In this document: one piece after another, positions 49,234-59,809 of the stretch
How positions within the stretch are numbered: position 1 is the stretch's first letter
Layout: the number at the start of each line of letters is the position of its first letter
DNA from: Longimicrobiales bacterium
Lineage (GTDB): Bacteria > Gemmatimonadota > Gemmatimonadetes > Longimicrobiales > Gaopeijiaceae
Reading direction: 5' to 3'
Assembly (NCBI GenBank): GCA_965248195.1
Contig: CBDFIQ010000002.1
Location: 3,072,001-3,136,000, forward strand
Length of the DNA: 64,000 bases
Made by a program: the position numbers and the translations under genes
The notes under the pieces: model-generated
Told to the model about the DNA's origin: nothing
The model's database searches: none
What the model saw: the letters and a program-made list of their open reading frames with translations, nothing else

Positions 49234-50910
49234 TCAGCCCTCCCGCCCGTTCCGAGCCGCATCCATGCCCGCAATGCGCCCATAGACGAATGCCCTCCCC
49301 AGCCCATGCTGGCCGAAGCCGCCCGAGGACTCACCAGCGACGTAGAGGCCCGGAATGACCTCGCCCTGCGTATCCAGCACTTGAGCCCTCGTATTCATAC
49401 GGATACCCGCGTAGGTGTCGTGTACGCAGGGGGTGTCCCACGCCGCGTAGAACGGCGGGCGCTGTATCTTGTATAGAGGCCTCGGCTTCTGGAAATCTTC
49501 ATCGACCCCCGAGTCGACGAAGGAGTTGTACCTCTCGACGGTCTCCCGCAGGACCTCACCGGGCATGGGACGCCACTGGTATTTGCTCTTGATGCTGGAA
49601 GCCAGTTGCTCGAGGGTATCGGCTGTGAAGAAGTAGCCGTCCGGGTCCACGTAGGGCGGCTTGACATTCCACCCCTCCCGCTCGACGCCGTCGGCGTCGA
49701 AGATGGCCCAGATCGGTCCTCCTCCGTTCAATTTGTTGGGATCGCCGGTCCACTGCATCGCTGCGAAGAAATACTGGTAGTCCCTGATCCCGGCAGTCTC
49801 GTCATAGAACCTCCGACCGGTCTCCTTGACGAGAATCAAATTCTGCCAGTCCCTCACCCGCAGGCCGGTGGCCTTCTCGCGAAAAAAGTTCGGAGCATCG
49901 GGGGTAAAGGCGAGGCCGTGGTAATTGGACCTCGTCGCCAGCCGTCCCTTGGAGAGCTGGCCATCCGATTCGTTCGTTTGGTTGGCGGTACCCCACAGCG
50001 ATGCCCCGATCGCCATGGCAGCCAGCTCTCCGTCGGCATTCTGTGGCGTCCAGCCGTCGCCGTGTACCTGGTATTCCTCGGTAAGCCTTGGATCGAACAT
50101 TCTGCGAAAGTTGACGTTGCTCGAATGCCCGCCCGTCGCAAAGATCACGCCATTCCTTGCCTCGATCGCGACGGTCCGGCCCGTGGGCTCGTACCACTCG
50201 TCGACCTCCATGGCCGTGACGCCGAGGACCCTACCCGAAGTGGGGCCCTCTCGCACGAAGCTCGTCATTCTGTGGCTCAGCAGGATTTCCACCCCCTTCG
50301 CGCGCGCACTCCGCTCCAGCGGCCTCATCAGGCCGGAGCCCCTCTGCGTGGGCACGATGACCTCACTTTCGATCGGCCACTGACGGGGGGAAGGTCGTCT
50401 CGGGACGGAATCAAGACGGCTCGCCGACCCCAACGGCAGCCAATCCACTCCGTTCTCGGTCAGGAAGTCGAAGGTCGCGATGCAATTGTCCACATAGGTA
50501 CGAACGATCTCCCGATCGTTGTAGCGGTTCATCGGATGGTCCTGCAACGTCCAGTCGTAGAAAACGGCCTCGGGCGAATCCTCGATACCTGCCTCCTTCT
50601 GAAGCCAAGTCCCGCCGCCGAGGTAGCAGGCTCCACCGCTCAGGATCGCTCGTCCACCGATGTCGAAGTTCTGTTCTACCAGCATGACAGACACGCCCTG
50701 ATCCCGCGCGGCGAGAGCCGCAGCGAACCCGCCCGCCCCTGCCCCGATGACGACCACGTCTGCCTGTCGGTCCCACTCTATCGCTTGCGCCTGCCCCGTA
50801 CGTGTCAAAAACGGGCTCTCACCGACACCGACAGCCGCCGCGGTACCCACCACCGCACTGTTCTTGACGAATTCTCTCCTGCTCTGAGCTTTCGGTGTCT
50901 TCTCACCCAT
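49234..50910 (-). CDS. Tat-exported FAD-dependent oxidoreductase (flavocytochrome c / SdhA / KstD family)
   Basis: SRREFVK Tat motif; VIGAGAGG, FATGG and IPGLYVAGE motifs. Confidence 0.9.
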   Translation of the reverse strand: MGEKTPKAQSRREFVKNSAVVGTAAAVGVGESPFLTRTGQAQAIEWDRQADVVVIGAGAGGFAAALAARDQGVSVMLVEQNFDIGGRAILSGGACYLGGGTWLQKEAGIEDSPEAVFYDWTLQDHPMNRYNDREIVRTYVDNCIATFDFLTENGVDWLPLGSASRLDSVPRRPSPRQWPIESEVIVPTQRGSGLMRPLERSARAKGVEILLSHRMTSFVREGPTSGRVLGVTAMEVDEWYEPTGRTVAIEARNGVIFATGGHSSNVNFRRMFDPRLTEEYQVHGDGWTPQNADGELAAMAIGASLWGTANQTNESDGQLSKGRLATRSNYHGLAFTPDAPNFFREKATGLRVRDWQNLILVKETGRRFYDETAGIRDYQYFFAAMQWTGDPNKLNGGGPIWAIFDADGVEREGWNVKPPYVDPDGYFFTADTLEQLASSIKSKYQWRPMPGEVLRETVERYNSFVDSGVDEDFQKPRPLYKIQRPPFYAAWDTPCVHDTYAGIRMNTRAQVLDTQGEVIPGLYVAGESSGGFGQHGLGRAFVYGRIAGMDAARNGREG

Positions 50911-51047
50911 GTCTCTTTCCTCGCTTCAGGTTTTCAGGGAGTCTTCGTTCTTCCTCGTGCGCGCCTTACTGACCGTCTTCAACCGACGCCGACCGCAGAT
51001 CGGCTCAACGTGCTCTGAAGTGCGGTGGCTGGCAACTTCCGCGTCCG

Positions 51048-51092
51048 AAAAAAAGAGCGCCCGGGCGCGGTGTGATCCGCGCCCGGGCACTC
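51048..51092 (-). terminator. Rho-independent terminator
   Basis: 16-bp GC stem (51055-51070 with 51077-51092) followed by T7 on the minus strand, downstream of 51144..52514. Confidence 0.85.
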
Positions 51093-51143
51093 TCTTCGGT
51101 GACTTCTTTCCGTTACAGGCGGCCGGCCGCCGGTCTCGCGGCG

Positions 51144-52514
51144 CTACCCCCCACCTTGTTCCTCCTCCAGTCGAGCGATCCGCTGCTCCCGCTGGGCCTT
51201 CAGGTATTCGAAGTCCTCGTCGCTCAGATAGGTGGTGCCGATCCACATGTGCGACATCTCATCGGCGCTGCGCCTGCCGAAGATCACCCACTGGTCCGGA
51301 TCAGGGTTCACCGGATTGGCGGCCGTGTTGTCATACCAGGCCGTGAGAACGAGCACCGTGCCCTTGGGCAGCAACGGCATCACATGGTCTTCAAAGAGGT
51401 AGTTGATGTGCCATTCGCCGTTCCAGTTCACTTTGCACAGAATCTCCAGGTGACCATCGGGGAAGATCGCTTCCATCGACTGCGATGCTCCGCGCAGGTG
51501 CATGTGGCCCCGGCAGCTGTGGAGTCGGGTATTTTCTTGCAGCACGTGGAACCCCTGCGTCACCGCACGCCCGTGGGGCGGGAGGACCACCTGCTGCACC
51601 GTCAGGCCGCGGCCGCGGCCCTCGGCGCTTCCGAGCTGCCGCTGCGAGCTCCAGGAGACATCACCTTCCGTCGCGAAACGCGGGTCCTCACCTTCCGGGT
51701 AGAACCATAGTCCGACTTCGACGACGTCGTCATCGATCGCCACACCGTTGGGGTAGTAGTGGATGTTGAAGCTGAGGCTGTTTCCCGGCGCGATCAGCCG
51801 CCCTGTATTCTCTGGGAAAATATCGAAGGGCTTGCCGATCCCATAGTTGGAAAAGCCGCCCCGCCCATCCTCCGTAATGAGGCTGCTGTTCGCGTGATGG
51901 ACGACGCCCTTGCCCAACATGGAAGGTTTGGTCTCGTTCGCCATGACCCACCGAGGGCCGTCGAGTCCCTCCACCTCCACCTGATGAGGCCACCAATTGT
52001 CCAGGCCGCTCGCCGGCACGTCGAATGGGCTCGACTTGATGATCAGATCCGGCGGGCCGAACTGCGTTGCCAGCCGCCACTCGGCGCCCGACGGGATCTC
52101 GGGGACGGGCGGAGCGTGCGTCATGTCTCCCTGCGGCGCTCCGGCGTCGACCCACTGGACGACCCTCTGGATTTCCTCTTCCGAGAGCGAGACGTCGTTC
52201 TTGAACTCCTGAATCCCCACGTCCTGGTCGACGTGCCACGGCGGCATCTGGCGCGTCTCGACTTTGACCTTGATCAATGGGGCGTAAAGCCTGGCCGTCT
52301 CGTAGTCGAGGAGCGACATGGGTCCGATGCCTTCCGGCTGATGACACCCCACGCACGACTCGTATAAGATAGGCGCGACGTCCTCGGCCCACGTGGCGTC
52401 CTGTCCGAACGCGGGCTGCGGCTGCAGCACGGCCATCAGCAAGAAGATCGGCGCGGCGATCCAGAGGCCATGCCACGCCCGAGGGCGGTGGCTCTGTTTT
52501 GTCATGCGGTCCAT
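51144..52514 (-). CDS. Cytochrome c fused to a copper type II (PHM/DBH-like) monooxygenase domain
   Basis: Signal peptide; CVGCH...MPPW heme domain; CuH-type HH (VVHHA) and IHY; CuM-type HMH and DEM. Confidence 0.85.
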   Translation of the reverse strand: MDRMTKQSHRPRAWHGLWIAAPIFLLMAVLQPQPAFGQDATWAEDVAPILYESCVGCHQPEGIGPMSLLDYETARLYAPLIKVKVETRQMPPWHVDQDVGIQEFKNDVSLSEEEIQRVVQWVDAGAPQGDMTHAPPVPEIPSGAEWRLATQFGPPDLIIKSSPFDVPASGLDNWWPHQVEVEGLDGPRWVMANETKPSMLGKGVVHHANSSLITEDGRGGFSNYGIGKPFDIFPENTGRLIAPGNSLSFNIHYYPNGVAIDDDVVEVGLWFYPEGEDPRFATEGDVSWSSQRQLGSAEGRGRGLTVQQVVLPPHGRAVTQGFHVLQENTRLHSCRGHMHLRGASQSMEAIFPDGHLEILCKVNWNGEWHINYLFEDHVMPLLPKGTVLVLTAWYDNTAANPVNPDPDQWVIFGRRSADEMSHMWIGTTYLSDEDFEYLKAQREQRIARLEEEQGGG

Positions 52515-52533
52515 GATGTGTTTCTCCTTTTTA

Positions 52534-53436
52534 TTATGGGGTGACGGTAACCTTCACGTAGTTGTTCGTATAGCAGCAATGCTGCACCATCGCAGAAAGC
52601 GTCTGGAGCCCGGTGACCCGGAGCATGTACTCCCCCGGCTCGCTGAAGCTGGCGGTCGTCGTCACCTGGCCCCCTTCCGCCGGAACCTCGAACCGTCGCT
52701 CCTCAAAGTCGACGGCGACAGGCCCCTGGTGCTCGAACCAGAAAAGGAGGAAGTCACGCTCCGTGGGGGCGAACGGCTCGAGCCACACGCTCAACGGCAA
52801 CGGCTCCCCCACCGCCACGGTGAGCGGACCCAGGGTTACGCCGGATCGCCCTCTCCCCCTCGGGCCCGACGGGTCGAACGCGAGCACCGGTGCGACCGGC
52901 GCACTCGTGCTGGCTTCGAGATTTTCGATGCGACTGCCTTCTACCGTGAGGCGCCCCGGGACCCGGATCGTCTTGCCCTTGTAACGCAAGGTCCAGACGA
53001 CATCCTCAGTCCCGAAATCCGCCGGTACCTCGACGGTGAAGACGGCCTGGTGTCGATAATGTCTGCTTTGTCCGTCCTGCCCCCGGGGCGGCGCCGTCAT
53101 GAAGTACGTCGGCTGCATCCCGTTGTATTCGGCCGGCTCGAGGAAGTTGTCGGGCCCGATCGGGATCTGGAACACCTCCTCGAAGTTCATATTGAAGTAA
53201 CTGAAAGAGAGGCTGTACGTGCCATCCGGATTCGGGTACCAACCCTCGAACAGGGGAATGAGTGGCTGATCCCGGGGCCTGACGGTCACCAGGTTGTATT
53301 GGTAAGGTGTGAGGGCCCACCATTCGTCGAATTGACGATCCTGCCCTCCGAACTGGTCCACCTGGCCCACGAGAGGAGCCCATGGCACCATCGTGAGTGC
53401 GGTCACCGCCACAACGACGTTACGCGCCCTCTTCAT
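52534..53436 (-). CDS. Conserved hypothetical secreted protein
   Basis: PLFEGWYPNPDG..FSYFN, IPIGPDN, FSEPGEY and C-terminal CC motifs; GGAGGAGG RBS before ATG 53436. Confidence 0.8.
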   Translation of the reverse strand: MKRARNVVVAVTALTMVPWAPLVGQVDQFGGQDRQFDEWWALTPYQYNLVTVRPRDQPLIPLFEGWYPNPDGTYSLSFSYFNMNFEEVFQIPIGPDNFLEPAEYNGMQPTYFMTAPPRGQDGQSRHYRHQAVFTVEVPADFGTEDVVWTLRYKGKTIRVPGRLTVEGSRIENLEASTSAPVAPVLAFDPSGPRGRGRSGVTLGPLTVAVGEPLPLSVWLEPFAPTERDFLLFWFEHQGPVAVDFEERRFEVPAEGGQVTTTASFSEPGEYMLRVTGLQTLSAMVQHCCYTNNYVKVTVTP

Positions 53437-53825
53437 CCAAACCTCCTCCCTTTCGATCGTTTCTGCTCTTCTCATACGGCCGTCACCCCATCCTGTTCCG
53501 ATCGCTGAGGTGCCGTGCATCGAGACGAACGTAAAGGATTGCTACATTTCTTTGTGTAATCCTCCAACCTACAGGGTTGGCACACCCAGTCAAATCCTGC
53601 TGAGGTTCCCCGGGCCAATGAGGGGAAGCCTATCCGGCAGGTGCCGCGGATCTAGATCGAAGGCTGTCCGCGTGAGGCCATTGACGAAACGGTATGACAA
53701 CGCTCACTGTGCCACTGTCCGGAGCGTGCCTTCATGGGCTGCCGACTCCGAGCCCCGGTCATTCTGGGAGGCGCTGCTGAGCGCCCGATCCCACCGTTGA
53801 ACATCCGTTGAAGGCGGGAAGAGAT

Positions 53826-56090
53826 ATGAACTACCGCAAATTGACGCCAGTTCCTTCATACCAGCAATTATCGAGAAGGGCGCCGGTATCAGCGAGGAGA
53901 CATCAAACCCCCGGTCCGCTCCGGACGGCCTGCCTCTGCATTGTCTCTGCGCTCTCGCTGAGTGTGGTGAGCCTATGGGTGACCCCGATCTCCGCCTTCG
54001 GCCAGGAGCCTTCGGGGTCCTACACCAACGCCCAGGCCGAAGCCGGGGCGACTGTATATGAGTCCACCTGCTCGGTGTGTCACCTGACCGATTTCCAGGG
54101 CTCGTTCGAGGCCCCCGAGTTGGCGGGCCCGAACTTCCGAAACACGTGGGGTGGCCGGCGGGTGGGCGACCTACTCGTGCTGATCGAGGCCACCATGCCG
54201 CCCCAAGCCGCCGGGTCTCTGAGCGCTGAGCAGGTCGCCTCGGTCGTGGCCTATATCCTCCGAGCGAACGAGGTTCAGGCGGGCGGAACCGAGTTGAGCC
54301 TCGCTTCCGCCGTAACGGTGATCCCGGGTGCGGAGCCGGCGGCCGTCACGACCGCGGCGGGTATCCCTCCGATTCCCGGTCGGGTCGGGACGACCTTTTC
54401 GCCGGAGGCGGTGCAGGCTCCGCCTGAATTTCTCGGCGCGATATCTGAAACTCCTGCTGGTATCACGGAGACCTATCGAGCGCCGGAGGGATACACACCG
54501 GTGTCGAACGCCGAATTGGTCTCGCCTCCCGATGGAGACTGGCTGCACTGGCGAAATTCCCCCGGATCGACCGGTTTCAGCCCGCTGTCGCAGATCAATA
54601 CGGAGAACGTTCACCGGCTGCAGCTGGCCTGGGTCTGGGCGTTGCCCGATGGAAGCCGTTACCGCACCGCGCCTCTCGAGAGATCCGGCATTCTCTTCCT
54701 GACGACAGCCGGCGGCTCCGTGCAGGCGCTAGACGCTACCGACGGCACCCTCCTCTGGGAGCACCGCAGAAAGGACGCCCGCATCGGTCAACGGGTGCAA
54801 AGCGTCGCTCTCTGGGAGGACCTCGTTCTTCTGTCCACTCCCGACGGAGCGATGGTAGCCTTGGACGCTCCGACCGGAGTCGTTCGCTGGGAGACCCCGC
54901 GGATGGGGTTCGGTAACACCGCGGGACCCATCGTGGCTGACGGGAAAGTGATCAACGGGGCCAACGGCTGCGGCAGATTCATCGAACAAAAGTGTTTTGT
55001 CAGCGCCCACGACGTCCGTAGTGGCGAGTTTCTTTGGCAGACGGAGGTGATCGCTCGGCCCGGCGAGCCGGGCGGGGACACCTGGGGCGAGCTCCCGTTC
55101 GAGATGCGGGCGGGGGCGGACATGTGGAATGGCGTCAGCTGGGATCCCGATTTGGGCTTGGTCTACATCGGCACCGCGCAGGCGAAGCCGTGGGTGGCCG
55201 TCAGCCGAGGGCTCACCACCGCCGACTCGACGCTCTACGCGAACTCGACCCTGGCCCTCGATGTGGAGACCGGACGCATCGTGTGGTACCGGCAGCACGT
55301 TCCGGGCGAGTCCTTGGACATGGACGAGGGATTCGAGCAGGTCCTCGCGGACATCGACGGCGTGCCCGCGCTCCTCACCATCGGCAAACATGGTGTGCTC
55401 TGGAAGCTCGACAGGCGAGACGGGACCTTCCTGGGTATGAAGGAAACGGTGTTCCAGAACATTCTCTCGATTGATCCCGAGACAGGCGCGGTGCAGTACC
55501 GGGAGGACATCGCGAACGCCAGGGTGGGTGACTGGGTGTCGGTGTGCCCCTCCACGGCTGGGGGGAAGAACTGGCAGGCGACCAGTTACTCTCCCGATGC
55601 GGGCCTCATCGTCATCCCGCTAAGCCAAAGCTGCATGGATATGACCGCACGCGAAGTCGTCCTGGAGGCGGGTGGCGGTGGCAGTGGGGGGGAGCGCGCG
55701 TGGAAAGAGATGCCCGGTACCCGCGGGATGTTCGGAAAGCTCGCGGCGTTCGATGTTGCGACGATGGAGGAGGTGTGGAGTGTCGAACAGAGAGCCCCCT
55801 TCCTCATGGGAGCCTTGACGACCGCGGGTGGACTCGCGTTCGCCGGATCCTATGACAGGTGGTTCAAGGCGTATGACATCCAAACGGGTGACGTGCTCTG
55901 GCAGACCCGGCTTGGCACGTCGGTCCAAGGTTTCTCGATGACCTTCGAGGTGGACGGCGTGCAGTACCTTGCGATGACCGCAGCGCGCAACGGTGGGAGT
56001 CCCTGGCGGGTAGCGACCTTCCTGGCGACGGAGTTCGTGAGTCGTCCTCAGGCAAATGCCCTTTACGTGTTCCGGCTAGGCCAACCATAG
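53826..56090 (+). CDS. N-terminal cytochrome c fused to a PQQ-binding beta-propeller dehydrogenase
   Basis: CSVCH...[19 protein letters not shown]; propeller Trp repeats; LDMDE; DGVQY. Confidence 0.9.
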   Translation: MNYRKLTPVPSYQQLSRRAPVSARRHQTPGPLRTACLCIVSALSLSVVSLWVTPISAFGQEPSGSYTNAQAEAGATVYESTCSVCHLTDFQGSFEAPELAGPNFRNTWGGRRVGDLLVLIEATMPPQAAGSLSAEQVASVVAYILRANEVQAGGTELSLASAVTVIPGAEPAAVTTAAGIPPIPGRVGTTFSPEAVQAPPEFLGAISETPAGITETYRAPEGYTPVSNAELVSPPDGDWLHWRNSPGSTGFSPLSQINTENVHRLQLAWVWALPDGSRYRTAPLERSGILFLTTAGGSVQALDATDGTLLWEHRRKDARIGQRVQSVALWEDLVLLSTPDGAMVALDAPTGVVRWETPRMGFGNTAGPIVADGKVINGANGCGRFIEQKCFVSAHDVRSGEFLWQTEVIARPGEPGGDTWGELPFEMRAGADMWNGVSWDPDLGLVYIGTAQAKPWVAVSRGLTTADSTLYANSTLALDVETGRIVWYRQHVPGESLDMDEGFEQVLADIDGVPALLTIGKHGVLWKLDRRDGTFLGMKETVFQNILSIDPETGAVQYREDIANARVGDWVSVCPSTAGGKNWQATSYSPDAGLIVIPLSQSCMDMTAREVVLEAGGGGSGGERAWKEMPGTRGMFGKLAAFDVATMEEVWSVEQRAPFLMGALTTAGGLAFAGSYDRWFKAYDIQTGDVLWQTRLGTSVQGFSMTFEVDGVQYLAMTAARNGGSPWRVATFLATEFVSRPQANALYVFRLGQP

Positions 56091-56147
56091 GCTGGCGCCG
56101 ACCCCATGCGGTGGTTACCTGTTCTCTACACCAATGAGGAGGGAATC

Positions 56148-57398
56148 ATGAGTTCATTGTTTCGGTGTTCCAGGCTCCTGACGCTGGCTGCCGTCCTTGG
56201 GGTCGTCTCGACCACGGGGTGTGCACAGCAGGAGACGGCGTCAGGAAGCGAGGCCAGCGCCATGAGCAGCATGCAGGAAGGCTCGCTGGTGCATGATGGG
56301 CAGGAGCTATTCGGCCATTACCACCAGCCTAGTCCGTTCCCGCAGCCTCTGCCGGACGACGCGCACTCACACGACGGCTGGACTTGGGGGTCCATGGGGG
56401 CCGTCTTTGCCGAGAGCCCGGACAAGATCTGGCTCGCCATGCGGGGAGAGCTCCCGCTCCCGGAGGGGACAGATCCGTGGACACCCTACGCCCTCCTGAA
56501 CCCCTCCCGGGGAAACGCCTCGCCCAACGACGACAACGGAATTCGCGGGTATGAGCGGCGGTATCTGCACGTCATGATCGCCGTGAATTCCGAGGGAGAG
56601 CTGGTTGAATATTGGCCGCAGCATGACCAGCTCTTCGACGTACGGGGCGGGCGCGGACCCCACAAGATCAAGATGAGCCCCTACGACGACGAGAAGCATA
56701 TCTGGGTCGTCGATGACAACCTCCACCAGATCCACAAGTTCACCTACGACGGGGAGTTGGTGCTCACGCATGGAGAGCAGCTCGTACCCGGACGGGGGCC
56801 GAACAACTTCTCGCGCCCGACGGACATCGCGTGGCTACCGGACGGCACCTACTTCATCAGTGACGGCTACGTAGGAACCCGCGTAGCGAAGTTCGACGCC
56901 AACGACAACTTCATCATGGACTGGGGCCAGGCCCCGGCCGATCCCGCCAACCCGGGTCCCAACGAATTCAACACTGTCCACGCTATCACGATCAGCGCGG
57001 ATCGGTTGATCTACGTGTCGGATCGGGCTCACGCCCGGATCCAGGTGTTTGACGAAAACGGCGACTTCCAGTTCCTGTTCCCGACTGGCCAGCGAGGCGA
57101 GTCTCTCCCGTACGCGATCGAGATCCTTCGGGATCCGTCTGGAGAGGAGTTCCTTTGGGTCGCGGACGGCAGCTCGAACCGAATGCTGAAGTTCGATCTA
57201 GACGGGAATTACCTCTATGGCTGGGGCACCCCTGGCGACGATTACGGGCACTTCAACGGCCCGCACTCGATCACGACCGACCAGGACGGCAACCTTTACA
57301 TTTCGGAGGTGTTCGCCGGGCGTGTACAAAAGTTCGTCCCAAGGTCCGGTGCCGACCCTGCCAAGATCGCGGGACAGCAGCTGCGGGAGTGGAACTGA
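56148..57398 (+). CDS. Peptidyl-alpha-hydroxyglycine alpha-amidating lyase (PAL)-like NHL-repeat lipoprotein
   Basis: TTGC lipobox; GPH, PTD..SDGY, VHAI..SDRAHARIQ and GPHS motifs. ATG 56148 has a GAGGAGG RBS. Confidence 0.85.
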   Translation: MSSLFRCSRLLTLAAVLGVVSTTGCAQQETASGSEASAMSSMQEGSLVHDGQELFGHYHQPSPFPQPLPDDAHSHDGWTWGSMGAVFAESPDKIWLAMRGELPLPEGTDPWTPYALLNPSRGNASPNDDNGIRGYERRYLHVMIAVNSEGELVEYWPQHDQLFDVRGGRGPHKIKMSPYDDEKHIWVVDDNLHQIHKFTYDGELVLTHGEQLVPGRGPNNFSRPTDIAWLPDGTYFISDGYVGTRVAKFDANDNFIMDWGQAPADPANPGPNEFNTVHAITISADRLIYVSDRAHARIQVFDENGDFQFLFPTGQRGESLPYAIEILRDPSGEEFLWVADGSSNRMLKFDLDGNYLYGWGTPGDDYGHFNGPHSITTDQDGNLYISEVFAGRVQKFVPRSGADPAKIAGQQLREWN

Positions 57399-57463
57399 GG
57401 CGCTAAGCGCTGAGCCGGGGTGCGCGCGCACAAGGCCGGAGCCGGCCAGCGTGCGCACTCCGC

Positions 57464-58351
57464 TCAGCGCAACGTCCGGTTGAAGAAGTCGACGGTCCGC
57501 TGCCATGCCAGCGTGGCCGCTGCTTCGTCGTAACGGGGCGTGGTGTCGTTGTGGAACCCGTGATTGGTGCCCTCGTACATGTGCATCGTGTAGGTCTTGC
57601 CGTTGGCCTTTAGCGCGTCCTCGTAGGCCGGCCATCCGGCGTTGATTCGCTGGTCCAGACCCGCGTAATGGATGAGAAGGGGCGCGGCGATTCTGGGTAC
57701 GTCCTCTACCGCGGGTTGACTCCCGTAAAAGGGAACGGAGGCGCCCAGATCGGGGATGCGCACGGCCATCATGTTGCAGATCCCTCCACCGAAGCAAAAG
57801 CCTACCACGCCGACTGCCCCGCTGCATTCTTCGTGGGCTTTCAGAAAGCCTCCGGCCGCGACGAAATCCTCCTGCATCTCCCCGCGATCCCGCTGGCCCT
57901 GAAGCGTACGGCCGTCGTCATCGTTGCCGGGGTAGCCGCCGAGCGGCGCAAGCGCGTCGGGCGCGAATGCAAGGAAACCAGCGACCGCGGCACGCCGCAC
58001 GACATCCTCGATGTGCAAGTTGAGGCCGCGATTCTCATGCACCACGACAACGCCCGGCAGGTCGCCGTCCGAACCCGCTGGTCGCACCAAATATCCACGC
58101 ATCGTGCCTGCGCCCCGCGGTGAAGAGTACTCGACGTACTCTCCGCTCACCTGCGCATCGTCACTCCTCACTTGCTGCAACTCGTCGTACTTAGGGCTCA
58201 GGCTCTCCAACAGGGCGCTGGCGGAAACACCCCCTACGGCGTAGGACGCCGCTCGGTCGAGGAACTGACGCCGGTCGATGAAACCGTGAACGTATTTGTC
58301 GAACAGATCGAGAAGTCCCTGATCGAAGTCGCTTGCCTTTTTGCGCGTCAT
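57464..58351 (-). CDS. Dienelactone hydrolase family protein (YghX-like)
   Basis: YVHGFIDRRQF, HENRGLN, GFCFGG and HGFHNDTTPRY motifs. Confidence 0.92.
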   Translation of the reverse strand: MTRKKASDFDQGLLDLFDKYVHGFIDRRQFLDRAASYAVGGVSASALLESLSPKYDELQQVRSDDAQVSGEYVEYSSPRGAGTMRGYLVRPAGSDGDLPGVVVVHENRGLNLHIEDVVRRAAVAGFLAFAPDALAPLGGYPGNDDDGRTLQGQRDRGEMQEDFVAAGGFLKAHEECSGAVGVVGFCFGGGICNMMAVRIPDLGASVPFYGSQPAVEDVPRIAAPLLIHYAGLDQRINAGWPAYEDALKANGKTYTMHMYEGTNHGFHNDTTPRYDEAAATLAWQRTVDFFNRTLR

Positions 58352-58479
58352 GTCGGCCCCCACTTTTCGTTCGATGGGTGGATCTCAGGCTCGCTGCAAT
58401 TCACGGCGGCGGTCCCGGGCTGGGTCTGTCCGCCGCAAAGGTAGCTGGGAAGGGTGTCCGCCGCATTACCTCGCTGGCG

Positions 58480-59772
58480 TCACTGGGACGCGCCGGCGCG
58501 GAAGCGCGCGCCCAGCGCGTCCCGGTCGACCTCCATGCCGCGGAGATAGACCGCGGCGATCCGCCTCGTGTTCGTGATTTCGTCCAGGGGGTTCGCATCC
58601 AGGACGATGAAGTCCGCGCTTTTACCCACCGCCACCGTGCCGATATCGGTCACCTGCATCAGCTCGGCCGAGTTACGCGTTGCCGCGACGATGACCTCGG
58701 CGGGGGTCATTCCGGATCTCACCATATCCTCCATCTCTTGATGAAGGGCCCACGGCGTGCTTCCGTCCGTGCCGAACGCAATCCTCACTCCCTCTTGGTT
58801 GAGCCGAGCCAGGTTACGCGCCTGGATGCCGAACGACTCCTGGGCTGCCGGCCGATCCCTCGACGCCTCCTGCATCTCTTGCAACTCGCCGGCGGGGACC
58901 GTCCCGCTCAGCCAGCCGAGGTCTAGCGCCACCCCCGGGTTCGGGAGGTTCGGAACCAGGACCACATTGGGGCGCTCGCTCCAGAGGGCGACGAGCTCAT
59001 CGTCGATATCCCGGTCGCGCACGCCGTGGGCGAACGCGTCGATCCCAGCCCGGAGAAGCCCCTTCGCGTCCTCGAGGGTGAATATGTGGGCCGTGACACG
59101 GAGTCCGTGCCTGTGGGCCTCGTCGATGACGGCGCCGTACAGCGCCGGCGAGAGTTTCTCATATTGGCCGTTGCGATCGTCGACCCAGATTTTCACGAAG
59201 TCCACCTCCTGCGCGGCCAGCTCCTGCACGGCGGTCCGCGCCTCCTCCTCGCTCGTGATCCAGAAGGGGACATCCGACCGCCCAGGCTCGGGGGTGGTGA
59301 TCCCGCGCCCCGCAGAGCGTGACCGGGCGCCGTCGGGAACCGCCTCGTCCCGCATCTCGAACGGGACGTCGCCCGTGTCTTGGCCCAGACTCACGGCCAG
59401 GCCGGCCCCGTAGTACGCCAAGTGCTGGAGTTGAGCGACCCGATCGTCACGCGTGGACGCCAAGTGCATGTGGGCGTTGACGACCGCCGGCATGACGGTC
59501 TTGCCGCTGAGATCCACGCGGGTCGCGCCCCCCGGAATCTGCACGTCCGCCCTTCGTCCTGCCTGCATGAAGCGGTCGCCCGCGACGACGAACACCGCGT
59601 CCTCGATCGGTGCGCTTCCGTCCCCGACGATGAGGCGAGCGCCCTCGAACACGGTCACGGCCGCGTCGCTACCGGCCTCCGGACCGGTGCAACCGGCCAT
59701 CAGGACGGCACCCAGGGAGAGCACGGCGGACATCACGACCACAATGTGGGACTCACTCTTGGCTCGGCGCAT
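58480..59772 (-). CDS. Amidohydrolase family lipoprotein
   Basis: MAGC lipobox; NAHMH, KIWVDDR, TAH, FAH, FGTD and LDANPL motifs. Confidence 0.9.
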   Translation of the reverse strand: MRRAKSESHIVVVMSAVLSLGAVLMAGCTGPEAGSDAAVTVFEGARLIVGDGSAPIEDAVFVVAGDRFMQAGRRADVQIPGGATRVDLSGKTVMPAVVNAHMHLASTRDDRVAQLQHLAYYGAGLAVSLGQDTGDVPFEMRDEAVPDGARSRSAGRGITTPEPGRSDVPFWITSEEEARTAVQELAAQEVDFVKIWVDDRNGQYEKLSPALYGAVIDEAHRHGLRVTAHIFTLEDAKGLLRAGIDAFAHGVRDRDIDDELVALWSERPNVVLVPNLPNPGVALDLGWLSGTVPAGELQEMQEASRDRPAAQESFGIQARNLARLNQEGVRIAFGTDGSTPWALHQEMEDMVRSGMTPAEVIVAATRNSAELMQVTDIGTVAVGKSADFIVLDANPLDEITNTRRIAAVYLRGMEVDRDALGARFRAGASQ

Positions 59773-59809
59773 AAGAACCTCACATCAAAGGTGGCAATTT
59801 CAGACGACG

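Noticed and set aside
49606..51018. Long antisense or alternate-frame ORFs (this 470-aa one, and e.g. 26973..28148, 52393..53508, 15225..16283, 6202..7200)
   Set aside because: They are shadows of well-supported genes, expected in high-GC DNA, and show no recognisable motifs.
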